Shown: in pieces, positions 15,830 to 25,902 of the stretch
How the letters are laid out: each line of letters begins with the position of its first letter
Position numbering within the stretch: position 1 is the first letter of the stretch
Assembly: GCA_038317225.1 (NCBI GenBank)
Contig: JBBQBE010000040.1
Location: 1 to 30,782, forward strand
Source of the DNA: Tepidisphaerales bacterium
Lineage (GTDB): Bacteria > Planctomycetota > Phycisphaerae > Tepidisphaerales > Tepidisphaeraceae
Direction: 5' to 3'
Length of the DNA stretch: 30,782 nucleotides
Notes under the pieces: generated by a model
The model's database searches: none
Told to the model about the DNA's origin: nothing
What the model saw: the letters and a program-made list of their open reading frames with translations, nothing else
Made by a program: the position numbers and the translations under genes

Positions 15830-18049
15830 CTATACGGAGGTTTGTTGATATTGGTAATACGCCTTAATGGCCCGGCCATAGTAGCCGGAGGCATGCACCC
15901 GCACCCCGTTGAGAATCACTCCCAGATGGGCCACGGGAAGTTGACTCAGCGCATCGCGCATGCGCAGCAGCAAATCGCGGCTGTTGGCCTGGGCCCGCAC
16001 CACGCTGACCACGCCATCGACGTGGCTGGCCAGCGCCACGGTTTCACTCACCAGCAAAATCGGCCCGCTGTCAAAGATCACCTGGTCAAACCGCTGAAGC
16101 AACTGGTCCATCAGTCGTCCTAAAAGCGGGCTTTCCAATAATTCAGCGGCGTTGGCCGGCCGCTTGCCGGCGGCCATGAACCACAAGTTGGGCACCGGCG
16201 TTGGCCGCAGCAAATCGTCGGCCTGCCGCGGATCAAGCAGCGCGTCGGCAAATCCGCCGGGGTCATCGGAGACATTAAATATGTTGGCCAGCGTGGGGCG
16301 ACGAAAATTCGCGTCGATAAGCAGTATCCTACGCCCGTTGATAGCCAGGGCCGCGGCCAGATTGGCCGCCACGGTGGATTTGCCGTCCCCTTGCCCGGGG
16401 CTGGTTATCAGCAGGCTGCGGGTGATCTCCATGCGCGTCAGATGCGTCAGGCGGGCGCGAATTTGGCGAATCTGCTCGGCCATCAGCGAGTGCGGCGCCG
16501 AAAAGATCGCCAGTTCCGCCGGCGACTGCGCCGCCTGCGGATCATCCTCCGCTTCACAGATCACTCCCAATAGATTCAAGTGCCCCACGCGCTGCACATC
16601 GCGCGGCGAGCGGATGGAGTTGTCCATCACATCACGCAAAAACGCCGCCCCCACCCCCGCCATCAGCCCCAGCGCGAATGATCCGGCCAAAAAAACCGGC
16701 AACTGCGGAAAGGAGCGACTGCGGGGCGATTCGGGCTTGGTGGACCAGCCGACGATCAATTGCCCCGGCTTGCGCACCACCGGCGTGGCGGGGTCTTCGC
16801 CGGTGACCGATTGCTGCAACACCGACAATTCCCGTTCAATGGCGTACAGCGAATCGAGAATCTTGCTCTCCTGTTGACGCAGACCAAGATAGCCGGCGTT
16901 TTCCCGCTGATAGCCGCCGCGGCGAGAGTTCAAATCCAAAATGCGGTTGGCCACTTTTTCGTAGGTGTCCTTCAGCGCCGCGGCGCGCTGGTTGGCCTCC
17001 TCCACCATGCTTTGAGTCAAAGCGGCCAAGCGCCCATCGCTGGCCTGGCGCAACTGCGCGGTTAGTGCGTTTTTCCGGTTGACCAAGGCCTGGTATTTCG
17101 GATGACGGGTTCCCATCGCCCCGACGGCGATCAATTCGTTTTCCACTTGCGCCACGGCAGCCTTGAGCGAAGCAACCGCCGGATCGCGCTGTACCTGCGC
17201 CATCAACTGCGGCTCCATCTGGTTTTGCTGGGTTGGGTCCTGCAAACTGGCGGCGTTGGCGGCGGCCATTTGTGATTCTTCCTGCAGCTTGGACCGCAGT
17301 TGGGTCAGTTCGCGCAGTTCCGCTTCCACCGCATCGACGCTCTGATCCATGCTGCCGCCGGCGCGCTCCGCTCTATCGGTATACAGCTTCAATTCCTCGC
17401 GCACCTGCAACAAGCGAAATTCCCATTGCAAACGCAGGGTATTCAGCGCGGTCTGCCGCCCCACCAATACTTCTGTGCCTTGGCGCGCTTCGCGCTGCAA
17501 ATGGCGATTAACAATAATCTCCAGGATTTGCTTGGCCTCATCTGGCGAGGCGCAGGTCATCGCAACGCTGATTTGCCGGGTTTGCTGCACCGCGCTCACG
17601 GAAAACTCGCCCGCCAATTCGCTCACCCCCCGCGAGCCGGCCGGCAACGACTGATACCACTGCGTGCCGCGCAGTTCAGCGCTTTTTTGCAAAACCTCCT
17701 CCAGCAGCGATGGATCGCGCAGCAGACGGATCTGCGTGGACTGTTCCAACTCAATGGCGGTTTGATTGGCCGCCGTGTAGATCGGTCGAAGCAGGTGGCT
17801 CACCGGATCCATGCGGATATCCAGCAACGCCTTGGCGGTATAACGCGGATACAGGCTGCCGAGGACGACATACAACCCGATGCCCACCGCGACGCAGGTA
17901 AACCACACCAGCAAAATCAGCCATAAGGAGCGATACAACACGCGCTTCAGCGGCGCGGCCGGCGAAGTGTGTTCCTCCACGGCGACGGCAGGTGTGAATT
18001 CCACCCGCCGCGCCGGCAGTGCCTGGGCATTTTGCGGCAGGGAAGTCAT
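15830..18049 (-). CDS. Polysaccharide co-polymerase / tyrosine autokinase (Wzc/EpsB/ExoP-type BY-kinase), paralog 2
   Basis: It has an N-terminal TM and a Wzz-like periplasmic coiled-coil domain. A second TM precedes the cytoplasmic CapB/CpsD-like domain, which carries Walker A ITSPGQGDGKSTVAANLA, A' ILLIDANFRRP, B VIFDSGPIL and a C-terminal Tyr cluster GYYGRAIKAYYQYQQ. The first ATG is at 18049; the track start at 18121 is TTG. Confidence 0.85.
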   Translation of the reverse strand: MTSLPQNAQALPARRVEFTPAVAVEEHTSPAAPLKRVLYRSLWLILLVWFTCVAVGIGLYVVLGSLYPRYTAKALLDIRMDPVSHLLRPIYTAANQTAIELEQSTQIRLLRDPSLLEEVLQKSAELRGTQWYQSLPAGSRGVSELAGEFSVSAVQQTRQISVAMTCASPDEAKQILEIIVNRHLQREARQGTEVLVGRQTALNTLRLQWEFRLLQVREELKLYTDRAERAGGSMDQSVDAVEAELRELTQLRSKLQEESQMAAANAASLQDPTQQNQMEPQLMAQVQRDPAVASLKAAVAQVENELIAVGAMGTRHPKYQALVNRKNALTAQLRQASDGRLAALTQSMVEEANQRAAALKDTYEKVANRILDLNSRRGGYQRENAGYLGLRQQESKILDSLYAIERELSVLQQSVTGEDPATPVVRKPGQLIVGWSTKPESPRSRSFPQLPVFLAGSFALGLMAGVGAAFLRDVMDNSIRSPRDVQRVGHLNLLGVICEAEDDPQAAQSPAELAIFSAPHSLMAEQIRQIRARLTHLTRMEITRSLLITSPGQGDGKSTVAANLAAALAINGRRILLIDANFRRPTLANIFNVSDDPGGFADALLDPRQADDLLRPTPVPNLWFMAAGKRPANAAELLESPLLGRLMDQLLQRFDQVIFDSGPILLVSETVALASHVDGVVSVVRAQANSRDLLLRMRDALSQLPVAHLGVILNGVRVHASGYYGRAIKAYYQYQQTSV

Positions 18050-18124
18050 GTAATCGTGTCGGCAAATCCACCCGCAGCGGGCGCGGTGATCGCTGGTAAA
18101 CTCTGACGCCCGCGGCCCCAAGCG

Positions 18125-20341
18125 TCAAACTTGCTGATAGTCGTAGTAGGCCTTGATGGCCCGCCCGTAATAGCCGCCGCCCTGGGAACGCACGCCATTG
18201 AGCACCACGCCCAGATGCTCGGCACGCACCTGACGCAATGTTTCACGCATACGCTGCAAGAGGCCGCGGCTGTTGGCCTGGGCGCGAACGACGCTTATCA
18301 CACCATCCACGCGGCTGGCCAGGGCCACGGTTTCGCTGACCAGCAGGATCGGCCCGCTGTCGAAGATCACCTGGTCAAATTCCTCCAGCGCCCGCTCGAT
18401 GAAGCTGGCCAACAACTGGCTTTCCAAAAGTTCGGTGGCGTTGTCGGGCCGCTTGCCGGCGTTCATCACCAGCAAATTGGGCACGGCCGTTTCCTGTACG
18501 GAGGCGGCGAAATTCGCACTGTTGACCAGGGCATCGGCAAACCCGCCGCCGGCGTCGGCCACGGCAAAAACCTTGCCCACCGAAGGCCGGCGGAAATTGG
18601 CGTCCACCAGCAGCACGCGCCGACCATTGAGGGCCAAACCGGCGGCCAGGTTGGCCGCGACGGTGGTCTTGCCGTCCTGGGGCGAGGGGCTGGTAACCAC
18701 AATGCTGCGCGTGGTTTCCATGCTGGTGGCATGGGCCAGGCGGGCGCGAATCTGGCGGAACTGCTCGGCGAGCATCGAGTGCGGCGATTCAAAAATCGCC
18801 AGTTCCAGCCGCGAACCGGAGGCTTCGGGGTCGTCGGCGGCGTCGGCCACCACACCCAGCACATTCATCTGCCCCACCCGCGCGATATCCCGCGGCGAGC
18901 GCACGGTCGTGTCCATCATTTCCCGCAGGAAGGCCACACCCAGGCTTAAGCCCAGCCCCAGCATCACTGCCAAGGCCATGGTAACCGGCAGCTTGGGAAA
19001 GCTGGGTTGATCCGGCTGCTCAGGCTGATTGCTCCAGGAAACCACGTTTTGTTCGGCGCGGCTGGTGTTCTGACTCATCGCATACATCTGGTCGTCAATT
19101 TGCTTAAGCACCTCGCGGACGGCCTGCTCCTCGTCCTTCTTGGTCAGGTATAGCGCCATGTCATTGGTCAACGTGGACAATTCCTTTTTGATCTCATTAA
19201 TCCGTCCGGTGACGGCATCCAACTGCTGCTGGCTCAATGCCGCCGACGAACGGAGCTTGTCCAAATAATTGGCGCGGGTGCGGGCACCCAATTCGGCGCG
19301 GGCATCGTCCAGTTTCTTCTTGAAGGTATCACGGCGGGCCTGCATCTCCACCACGCGCGGATGCGTCGGACCCAGCTTGCCCATTTCCGCCAGCGAGGCA
19401 TCCAACCCATCCACCATCTGCCGCAGCGTGTAAATCTGCTGATCGCGGTTGAGCACTTCATCGACTTCCGCGGGATCCTCGCCCCGCTGCAACTGCGCCT
19501 GCACGCTTTCATAGCTGTTGCGGGCCATGTTAGCCACGTTCTGATATTCCAACTGCGTGCGAATCAAGTCCGCTAGTTCCTGCTCCTTGGCGTTGAGGTG
19601 GCCGGGAATACCCATGCCGTCGATGCTCAAACGCGCCGCCTTGTCGCGCAATTCGTTGCTCAGATCGTTTCTGCGCCCTTCATAGCGTTGGCGAAGCTGA
19701 CCCAGCGTGTTAACACGATTGATGGTTTGCGTGCGGATCGCGTCGCTTTGGTTGCGGATATGCTGCTCGACCAATTCATAAACCACCGTGCGGCAGGAGG
19801 CCGGATCGGGATCGGAAAAGGACACGGCAATCAGCTTGGTATCGGTGATGGGGCTGACCGACAAATGATCCATCAAGTCGGCCTTGGCTTTCTTGGTGTC
19901 TCCTTTGAACTGGCGAAACCAACTGGTTTCACGAACCGCATTGTCCACGCGGCTGAGCAAATCGCTGAACGTGCGCTCATGCTTGAGCAATTGCGCCTGC
20001 GAGCGCTGTTCCAGTTCAACGGTATTGCGGTCGGGCAAAAGCTGCTGGTCCTGCTTGAGCAGGTTTACAATCGGATTGGGATTCACCTGAATCAGTCCGG
20101 TGCTGGTGAACTTGGGGTAGTTGGCCGCCAGGTACATATTGAGGAAATAGCCGCCAATGCCGGCGACGATCACCGAAGCAATGATGATCCATAAATTAGC
20201 CCGGATCACGCGCCAGGCGTCAGCCCCGGTCATCTGCCCGCCGGCGGCGGCCACCGGCATCGGCGTCATTGGCTGGGCCAACGCGCCTCCCGGCACATGA
20301 GTGGGAAGTCGCATGGACGTGGTTTGCGGAAGCGTTGTCAT
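18125..20341 (-). CDS. Polysaccharide co-polymerase / tyrosine autokinase (Wzc-type BY-kinase), paralog 1
   Basis: Same architecture as paralog 2, with Walker A VTSPSPQDGKTTVAANLA, A' VLLVDANFRRP, B VIFDSGPIL and Tyr cluster GYYGRAIKAYYDYQQV. The first ATG is at 20341; the track start at 20347 is TTG. Its stop abuts paralog 2. Confidence 0.85.
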   Translation of the reverse strand: MTTLPQTTSMRLPTHVPGGALAQPMTPMPVAAAGGQMTGADAWRVIRANLWIIIASVIVAGIGGYFLNMYLAANYPKFTSTGLIQVNPNPIVNLLKQDQQLLPDRNTVELEQRSQAQLLKHERTFSDLLSRVDNAVRETSWFRQFKGDTKKAKADLMDHLSVSPITDTKLIAVSFSDPDPASCRTVVYELVEQHIRNQSDAIRTQTINRVNTLGQLRQRYEGRRNDLSNELRDKAARLSIDGMGIPGHLNAKEQELADLIRTQLEYQNVANMARNSYESVQAQLQRGEDPAEVDEVLNRDQQIYTLRQMVDGLDASLAEMGKLGPTHPRVVEMQARRDTFKKKLDDARAELGARTRANYLDKLRSSAALSQQQLDAVTGRINEIKKELSTLTNDMALYLTKKDEEQAVREVLKQIDDQMYAMSQNTSRAEQNVVSWSNQPEQPDQPSFPKLPVTMALAVMLGLGLSLGVAFLREMMDTTVRSPRDIARVGQMNVLGVVADAADDPEASGSRLELAIFESPHSMLAEQFRQIRARLAHATSMETTRSIVVTSPSPQDGKTTVAANLAAGLALNGRRVLLVDANFRRPSVGKVFAVADAGGGFADALVNSANFAASVQETAVPNLLVMNAGKRPDNATELLESQLLASFIERALEEFDQVIFDSGPILLVSETVALASRVDGVISVVRAQANSRGLLQRMRETLRQVRAEHLGVVLNGVRSQGGGYYGRAIKAYYDYQQV

Positions 20342-20424
20342 ATTCAAAACCTCTGGATGTCAACTCCAATGTCGCCGACAGCGTATCGCAACAATGGATA
20401 AGAACCAAGAAAATTCCTTCGCAC

Positions 20425-23400
20425 TCAACGTTTATCGCTCAAGCCCGGCAACGTCTGACCGGCCAAACGGGCCTCGCTCAGGGCCTTTTCAATGCGGGCC
20501 TTGAGCGTGGGGTCCACTTCCTGCTGGGTGCGCTCCATCTCCGAGACCAACTCCCGGGCCGTCTGCAACTGTATCAGCGCATCCTGCGGCAGATTGTTCT
20601 TCAAAAGCGCATAACCCAGGTGGTAATACGAATCCACCAGCCGGCGGCGTTCGATCACCTGCTTGAGCAGGATAATCCCTTCCTGGGTCCGTCCGTTCAG
20701 CGTCAACACCCAGCCGTGGGTATCCATAATATACGGCTGGATAACGCCGGACTTCTGCATGATGTCATAGGCCCGCTGGCTGTACTGCAACGCCTTTTGC
20801 GGCTGGGGTGGATCGCCGTATTCGGCCAGCAGACACGCCAGATTATTCAAACTGGCCACATCATCGGGGAAACGATCCAGCAGCTTGGTATAGATTTTTT
20901 CCGCCTTGGCCACTTGGGGCTTGGGCGAGGCCATCAGGTAGATAATACCCGCCACGTGCAACACGCGATCCTGCTGGGCCGGCGAAAGCTGGTCCAACAT
21001 CGCCAAGCTCTTTTCAATCATGGTGATGGCGCTGGCGTCATCCTTGATCGAGTGATAAAGGAACGCGGCCAGAATCTGCCAGCTTGCGTCATTTTGCGCC
21101 CGCGGCAGCACGATCTTCAAAGCCTCTGGAACGCCGATTTCACCAGTCAAATCCTGGATCAACTGGGCGCTGCCGGCATCATCTTTGGCCGCGTCGGTGA
21201 TGCGCAAGGCCAGTTCGTATTCGTTAATCGCCAAGTCCTTCTTATTCTGCGCCCGCAAGGCCCGGGCGCGATACTGGCGGACCCACCAGGCATCTTTTAG
21301 ATCCCCCGCCAACATGCGGTCGGTTTCCGCCAGCAGTTGCGTGTAGTTTTTGCCGTCCAACAGGACCGACAAGTAGGCGCGGACATAATTGGCGTTGGTC
21401 GGCGCGGCGGCCACGGCCGACTTCAAGCGCTCCAGCGCCTTGGTCTTGTCGCCGCGGGCGGCCCAAATGCGACCTTCGGCGTAAAGCCAATCGACATCCT
21501 TAGGGTCGGCGGTGCGGGCCTGGCTGATCAAGCGCTCAACCATATCCCAACGCGCCGGGCGCTGGCCGCTGTACAGATCGACCAGTTTTTGACGCAACAG
21601 TTTGTTATCCGGGTTCTGCTTCAGCGCTGGTTCTAATTCGGCGATGGCGTTGTCCGGGTCGTTTTTCATGCGGTAGGCTTCGGCGACCTGCTGACGATAT
21701 TCCACGTTATCGGGGAACTGCTGACGCACCAAGATCAGGTCGCGCAGTGCCGAATCGGGATCGGGCACGCCCTGCCGCAGACGCGACATGCCGCGGTATA
21801 GCAACGCCTGCGTGTTGGCCGGCTGAATCGCCAGCACTTGGTTGGCGCGGTTGATCGCCGCGTTAAAATCCCCGGAATTCAGGTGCAGATACGCCATGGC
21901 GTTAAGCAACTGCACATCCTTGGGATTCTTCTCCAACAGCCCGACCAATTCCTTTTCCGCTAAAGCATTTTTGCCGGCGGCGAACAGCACGTCGATCTTC
22001 TGCTTGGCGATGCGCAAATCCTGGGAGTTGGTCTCCAACAGTTTTAACGCTTCGTCAAAGCGCTGAGTGGCCACCAAATATTGAGCCAGGCGCGATTGCA
22101 CATCCACATTGTTGTTGCTGCTGGCCCAGGCGCTGCGCAAAGGCGCTTCGGCTTTCTCACCCTGCCCGCCGCGCTGGTAAAACTCCGCCAGCAGCAAATA
22201 CGGCTCGGGCTTGGATTTCCACGCATCCCGCGCGGCAAATTCTTTCAGGGCCTCTTCACCGGTTGCCACATCTTTGGTAAACAAAGCCACATCGGCCAAC
22301 AGCGCGTAAAACGGCCGCTCATCGGGCCACTTGTTCTTGCCTTGAATAAAGGTGTCGCGGGCTTTGGCGGCGTACTGCTTCATTCCCGCCGGGTCTTTCT
22401 CAAAATTCTTCACCTGGGCGACGCGCAGGTATGCCTGGCCCAAGCGGGCCAGCGCGCTCGGATCATTGGGATTGGCTTCCGCCGCCGCTTGCCGCATGGG
22501 CAGGGCTTTGAGCGGGTCGCCGTAATTCAATTCATGATTGATCTCCGCTTCCTGGAAATAGCCGCTTTGCGGAAACATTTTGCGCGCCAGGGTGATCTTC
22601 TGGCGGGCTTCGTCGATGCGACTGAGCGAATAACAACTTTCGATCAGCCCGCGATAAGCATCGGCGTTGTCGCTCTGCTTATCCAGCGCCCGGCCGAAGG
22701 CGGCGCGGGCCTCCTCATACTGGCTGGATGCCTGGAGGGCCTGGGCCAGCGAAAGCCAGCTCATGGAAAACTCCGGCATCTTGGTAGTCAAATCGCGGGC
22801 CAGATTGATGGCCGCGGAAGTGTCGCCCTTGGCCATGGCGAAGCGGAATTTATACAAAGTTCCGTCGGCCTTGTCGGACCCGGTGCGAACCAGCGGTTCC
22901 AGATATTTTGCAGCCTCGTCGAAATTCCTGTCGGCTAGCGCCAGTTGAAACGCCGCTTCCAAGGCATCGGAACTATCGGGTTTGAGTTTCAGCGCCGCGT
23001 CCAGATGCGCCTTGGCCTCGGGGCGCTTATTTTGTGAAAGCGACAAGCGGAAATAGCGCATTTCACGGGTGAACTCATCAGGAATCCGCGCGATCTCCTG
23101 CTCCACGAGCTGCGTAACCACCTGGGCTCCCTTGCCTTCGATTTCCGCCAGGGTGATCTTCAACCCCCCGTCATCGGGATGGCTCTTGAGCGCCGCGGAC
23201 AACACCGCCATTGCCTGGGTCTTGCGATCCGAACCGGCGTAAAACCGCGCCAGTGTTTGGGCCACTTCGCTGTCGGCCGGATCCTTGGCGTTCCACGCCA
23301 CCAGCAGCCGCTCAGCCTCGGCGCTATTATTCAGAGCCATCGACGTGCGCGCCTTATTCATCGCCTGCTCGCGCGTCTGTTCCGGCAAACGCTCGTAATA

Positions 23401-25038
23401 TTCCTTAACCTTGGCCTTATCCTTGGCCGCATCGAGCGTGGCCAGACGCAGTTGCAATATCTGCGGATCGTTGGGCGCGATTTTTTCCAGTACATCGACC
23501 TGCTTGGCCGCTTCGTCGGTATTACCTTCGCGCAACAACACCTGGGCCAGCATCAAGCGACCGGGCAGGAAGCGATCATGCCGCTCCACCAACTCATTGA
23601 GCAGGCTCTTGGCCTGGCCGGTCTGGTTGGCGCTAAGACAAGCCCGCGCCAGCAAAAAGAGCATCTCATCGTCTTTTGGCTTGCCTTGCGTAGCCAATAT
23701 ATCCTTGGCTTTGGTCAGCGTCTGAATCGCTTCGGGATACTGTCCCAGCATTTGCTGATATTTGCCCCGCAGCTTCAACGATTCGGGCATTTCGCCAATG
23801 CGGTCAAAAACGCGCGACATGGTTTCTTTGGCACCGTCCATCAGCGCTTTGCGCGCTTCGGGCGCACTGGTCGCCGCCGCCGCATCCAGCCGCAAGTCCG
23901 TAAGCTGGACCAAACGCTGCAGTTCCAGTTGTGAGAGCATCAAACTGCGCACACCCACGCTGGACGCGGTGGGAGTAAAGGGGCTGTCCAAAAGCTGGAT
24001 GGCATCCTGTCGCTTGTCCGTGTCGGCACTGAGCAGCCGCGCCAGCACCAATTTGAGCATGTATTCATCCGGGCGCTGTTTGAGCGCTTCCTGATACAGC
24101 GCGATAGCCCGCTCCGGCTGGCCGGTCATGGCCGCCAGTTGCGCCGCCTGCGAATAGACGTCAATGTATATGGCATCCTGCGGTTTGACCGCTTCCAGCG
24201 CTGTCTGCGAGGACTGTTCCAATAACTTCTTGTACGAGTCGCGCGTCTTCTGCTCTGTTGCCCGTTGCATCAGCAGCAGCGCCACTTGAGACGCCTGGAA
24301 ATTCAGTTCCGCGTCCTTGGGTTCCTTGGCCAGTAGCGGCGGGAAAACCTCTCCCGCCTGTTTGAACATTTCATTGGCCTGGGCAAAACTGCTGCGCTGG
24401 TACAACTGGGAGCCGCGGTTGATGTACGCCCGGGCGATCATCGATGGGATACGCCGGTTGCCCGGCAACTTCGGCTCAAGTTGCTTCAACGCCGCCACCT
24501 GCTTTTCGATATCGCTCCACTCGATATCGCGCCCCGCCAGCCATTTCTGCACCGTCGCCATATGCAGCGAGGCCTGGGCTTCCAGGTTATCGGGCTGGGC
24601 CGACACCATCTTCTGCGCCATATCCTCCACGCGCTCAAAGTTCTCGGCGCTGGGGATCACCTCCGCCCATTGCCGCACCGACGCCAGCAACCGCTCCAGC
24701 GCGGGCATGTAGCGCGGGTCGATCTCCAAGGCCCGCCGCCACGCCGCCTGGTCCTTGCCTGCCGATTCGGGGCTTTGGGCGGTGTATAAGTTCAGAGCGT
24801 CGCCCATGGCAATAAAGATCGCCGGATCCGACGGACGCAGCGTCGCCGCGGTGTTAAAGTTCTTGATCGCCTCGGGATAATCCTTGGCCTGCATGCTCTG
24901 CTGGGCCATTTTCAAATACTTGTCGGGGTTCTTGCGGAAAAACACCTTCTTGGCCACCACCCCCGCCACCAGCAGACCGATGATGACGACCGTGAACCCG
25001 ATCAGAAACTTGGTATTAACTTTGCGTTTGCTGGCCAT
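20425..25038 (-). CDS. Giant (1537 aa) membrane-anchored tetratricopeptide-repeat protein (PrsT-like exosortase-locus TPR protein, but with an N-terminal TM anchor rather than a lipobox)
   Basis: ATG at 25038. The N-terminus KFLIGFTVVIIGLLVAGVVAKK is a single TM. The rest is dozens of degenerate 34-aa TPR units (e.g. AxxxLGxAYxxxGxxxxAxxxF patterns recur throughout). Confidence 0.9.
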   Translation of the reverse strand: MASKRKVNTKFLIGFTVVIIGLLVAGVVAKKVFFRKNPDKYLKMAQQSMQAKDYPEAIKNFNTAATLRPSDPAIFIAMGDALNLYTAQSPESAGKDQAAWRRALEIDPRYMPALERLLASVRQWAEVIPSAENFERVEDMAQKMVSAQPDNLEAQASLHMATVQKWLAGRDIEWSDIEKQVAALKQLEPKLPGNRRIPSMIARAYINRGSQLYQRSSFAQANEMFKQAGEVFPPLLAKEPKDAELNFQASQVALLLMQRATEQKTRDSYKKLLEQSSQTALEAVKPQDAIYIDVYSQAAQLAAMTGQPERAIALYQEALKQRPDEYMLKLVLARLLSADTDKRQDAIQLLDSPFTPTASSVGVRSLMLSQLELQRLVQLTDLRLDAAAATSAPEARKALMDGAKETMSRVFDRIGEMPESLKLRGKYQQMLGQYPEAIQTLTKAKDILATQGKPKDDEMLFLLARACLSANQTGQAKSLLNELVERHDRFLPGRLMLAQVLLREGNTDEAAKQVDVLEKIAPNDPQILQLRLATLDAAKDKAKVKEYYERLPEQTREQAMNKARTSMALNNSAEAERLLVAWNAKDPADSEVAQTLARFYAGSDRKTQAMAVLSAALKSHPDDGGLKITLAEIEGKGAQVVTQLVEQEIARIPDEFTREMRYFRLSLSQNKRPEAKAHLDAALKLKPDSSDALEAAFQLALADRNFDEAAKYLEPLVRTGSDKADGTLYKFRFAMAKGDTSAAINLARDLTTKMPEFSMSWLSLAQALQASSQYEEARAAFGRALDKQSDNADAYRGLIESCYSLSRIDEARQKITLARKMFPQSGYFQEAEINHELNYGDPLKALPMRQAAAEANPNDPSALARLGQAYLRVAQVKNFEKDPAGMKQYAAKARDTFIQGKNKWPDERPFYALLADVALFTKDVATGEEALKEFAARDAWKSKPEPYLLLAEFYQRGGQGEKAEAPLRSAWASSNNNVDVQSRLAQYLVATQRFDEALKLLETNSQDLRIAKQKIDVLFAAGKNALAEKELVGLLEKNPKDVQLLNAMAYLHLNSGDFNAAINRANQVLAIQPANTQALLYRGMSRLRQGVPDPDSALRDLILVRQQFPDNVEYRQQVAEAYRMKNDPDNAIAELEPALKQNPDNKLLRQKLVDLYSGQRPARWDMVERLISQARTADPKDVDWLYAEGRIWAARGDKTKALERLKSAVAAAPTNANYVRAYLSVLLDGKNYTQLLAETDRMLAGDLKDAWWVRQYRARALRAQNKKDLAINEYELALRITDAAKDDAGSAQLIQDLTGEIGVPEALKIVLPRAQNDASWQILAAFLYHSIKDDASAITMIEKSLAMLDQLSPAQQDRVLHVAGIIYLMASPKPQVAKAEKIYTKLLDRFPDDVASLNNLACLLAEYGDPPQPQKALQYSQRAYDIMQKSGVIQPYIMDTHGWVLTLNGRTQEGIILLKQVIERRRLVDSYYHLGYALLKNNLPQDALIQLQTARELVSEMERTQQEVDPTLKARIEKALSEARLAGQTLPGLSDKR

Positions 25039-25077
25039 AAGAATCGCTTTCCACTTTTAAAAATCACTTGAACCGGC

Positions 25078-25902
25078 TCACTTGGCCGACGCCGTCGCCT
25101 GGCCGCTCTCCACTTTCTGAAAATCCGGCAGACAGAGCATCACCTCGGGCATCGCGGCGGTCAAAAACGCCGCCAGCGTGCGCTGGGCTTTGGCCCGATC
25201 CTTGGCCAGGCACATGGCCTCGACCTTGGCGTAAAAACCATGGCGAACCAGCAGGTTTTGCAGCCGTCGCCGCACCGTGATATTGCTGGAGGTGAATTCG
25301 CCATTGACATTAAAAAAATAGACCACATTGCGCGCGATGCTGGAATTAAACCCGGTTACATCCTCAAAACTGATGTAGCGCACCGGCACCGGCGTGGCCA
25401 TGATCGGCCAATCCTCTTCCTTGCTGGCCGCCGGCTCAAAACCGCCGGCCACATAGCAGCGCTCGGGAATATGCGCCACCGTGTCCACCAGCCCGGTGTA
25501 ATACGTCAGGGCAAAGTGAACCACCGCCTCGGGATGCTCCTGCTCAAAACGCGCCAGTTTCTGCCGGCGCTCCAAAACCGGCTTGCTCATCCAATCGTCC
25601 AGCGTGTCGCGCCCCAGCACCGACACGTCCACATAGTCGCGGAAGATGTAGCGCTGCGTTCCCAGCGCCTCCTGCATGTCGGCTTCCAAGGGCTGATCCT
25701 GGGAGACCTGCCGCCAGCCGCCGATTGTCGCCGCCACCAGGTCCAGCCGCCGGGCCGGCTCCACCGGCACTTTGCGAAAAGTCAGCTCCATCCACTTGGT
25801 GGCGCCGTTCAGCCCGATGGCGCTGACAAACAGCAACACCGCCACCACGGTAAACATGCGCGACCGGAATGCTCGTTTCAGCAATTCCATAAACTGTTTC
25901 AT
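25078..25902 (-). CDS. epsI: EpsI-family exosortase-associated protein
   Basis: ATG at 25902 overlaps the exosortase stop (ATGA). An N-terminal TM is followed by a periplasmic domain containing ATIGGWRQVSQDQPLEADMQEALGTQRYIFRDYVD, which resembles the EpsI xIGxWxGxExxLxxxxxxxLgaDdYLxRxY signature. Confidence 0.7.
   Translation of the reverse strand: MKQFMELLKRAFRSRMFTVVAVLLFVSAIGLNGATKWMELTFRKVPVEPARRLDLVAATIGGWRQVSQDQPLEADMQEALGTQRYIFRDYVDVSVLGRDTLDDWMSKPVLERRQKLARFEQEHPEAVVHFALTYYTGLVDTVAHIPERCYVAGGFEPAASKEEDWPIMATPVPVRYISFEDVTGFNSSIARNVVYFFNVNGEFTSSNITVRRRLQNLLVRHGFYAKVEAMCLAKDRAKAQRTLAAFLTAAMPEVMLCLPDFQKVESGQATASAK

Noticed and set aside
16152-19010. Multiple 200-270-aa plus-strand ORFs opposite the two BY-kinase genes (16152-16877, 17300-17926, 18131-18949, 18273-19010) and 19598-20194
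   Set aside because: They are antisense to well-supported CDSs, overlap each other in different frames, and are Arg/Ala/Gly-rich without motifs.
22081-23934. Plus-strand ORFs (22081-22938, 23179-23934, and others) opposite the TPR giant
   Set aside because: They are antisense to a continuous 1537-aa TPR reading frame and have junk-like composition.
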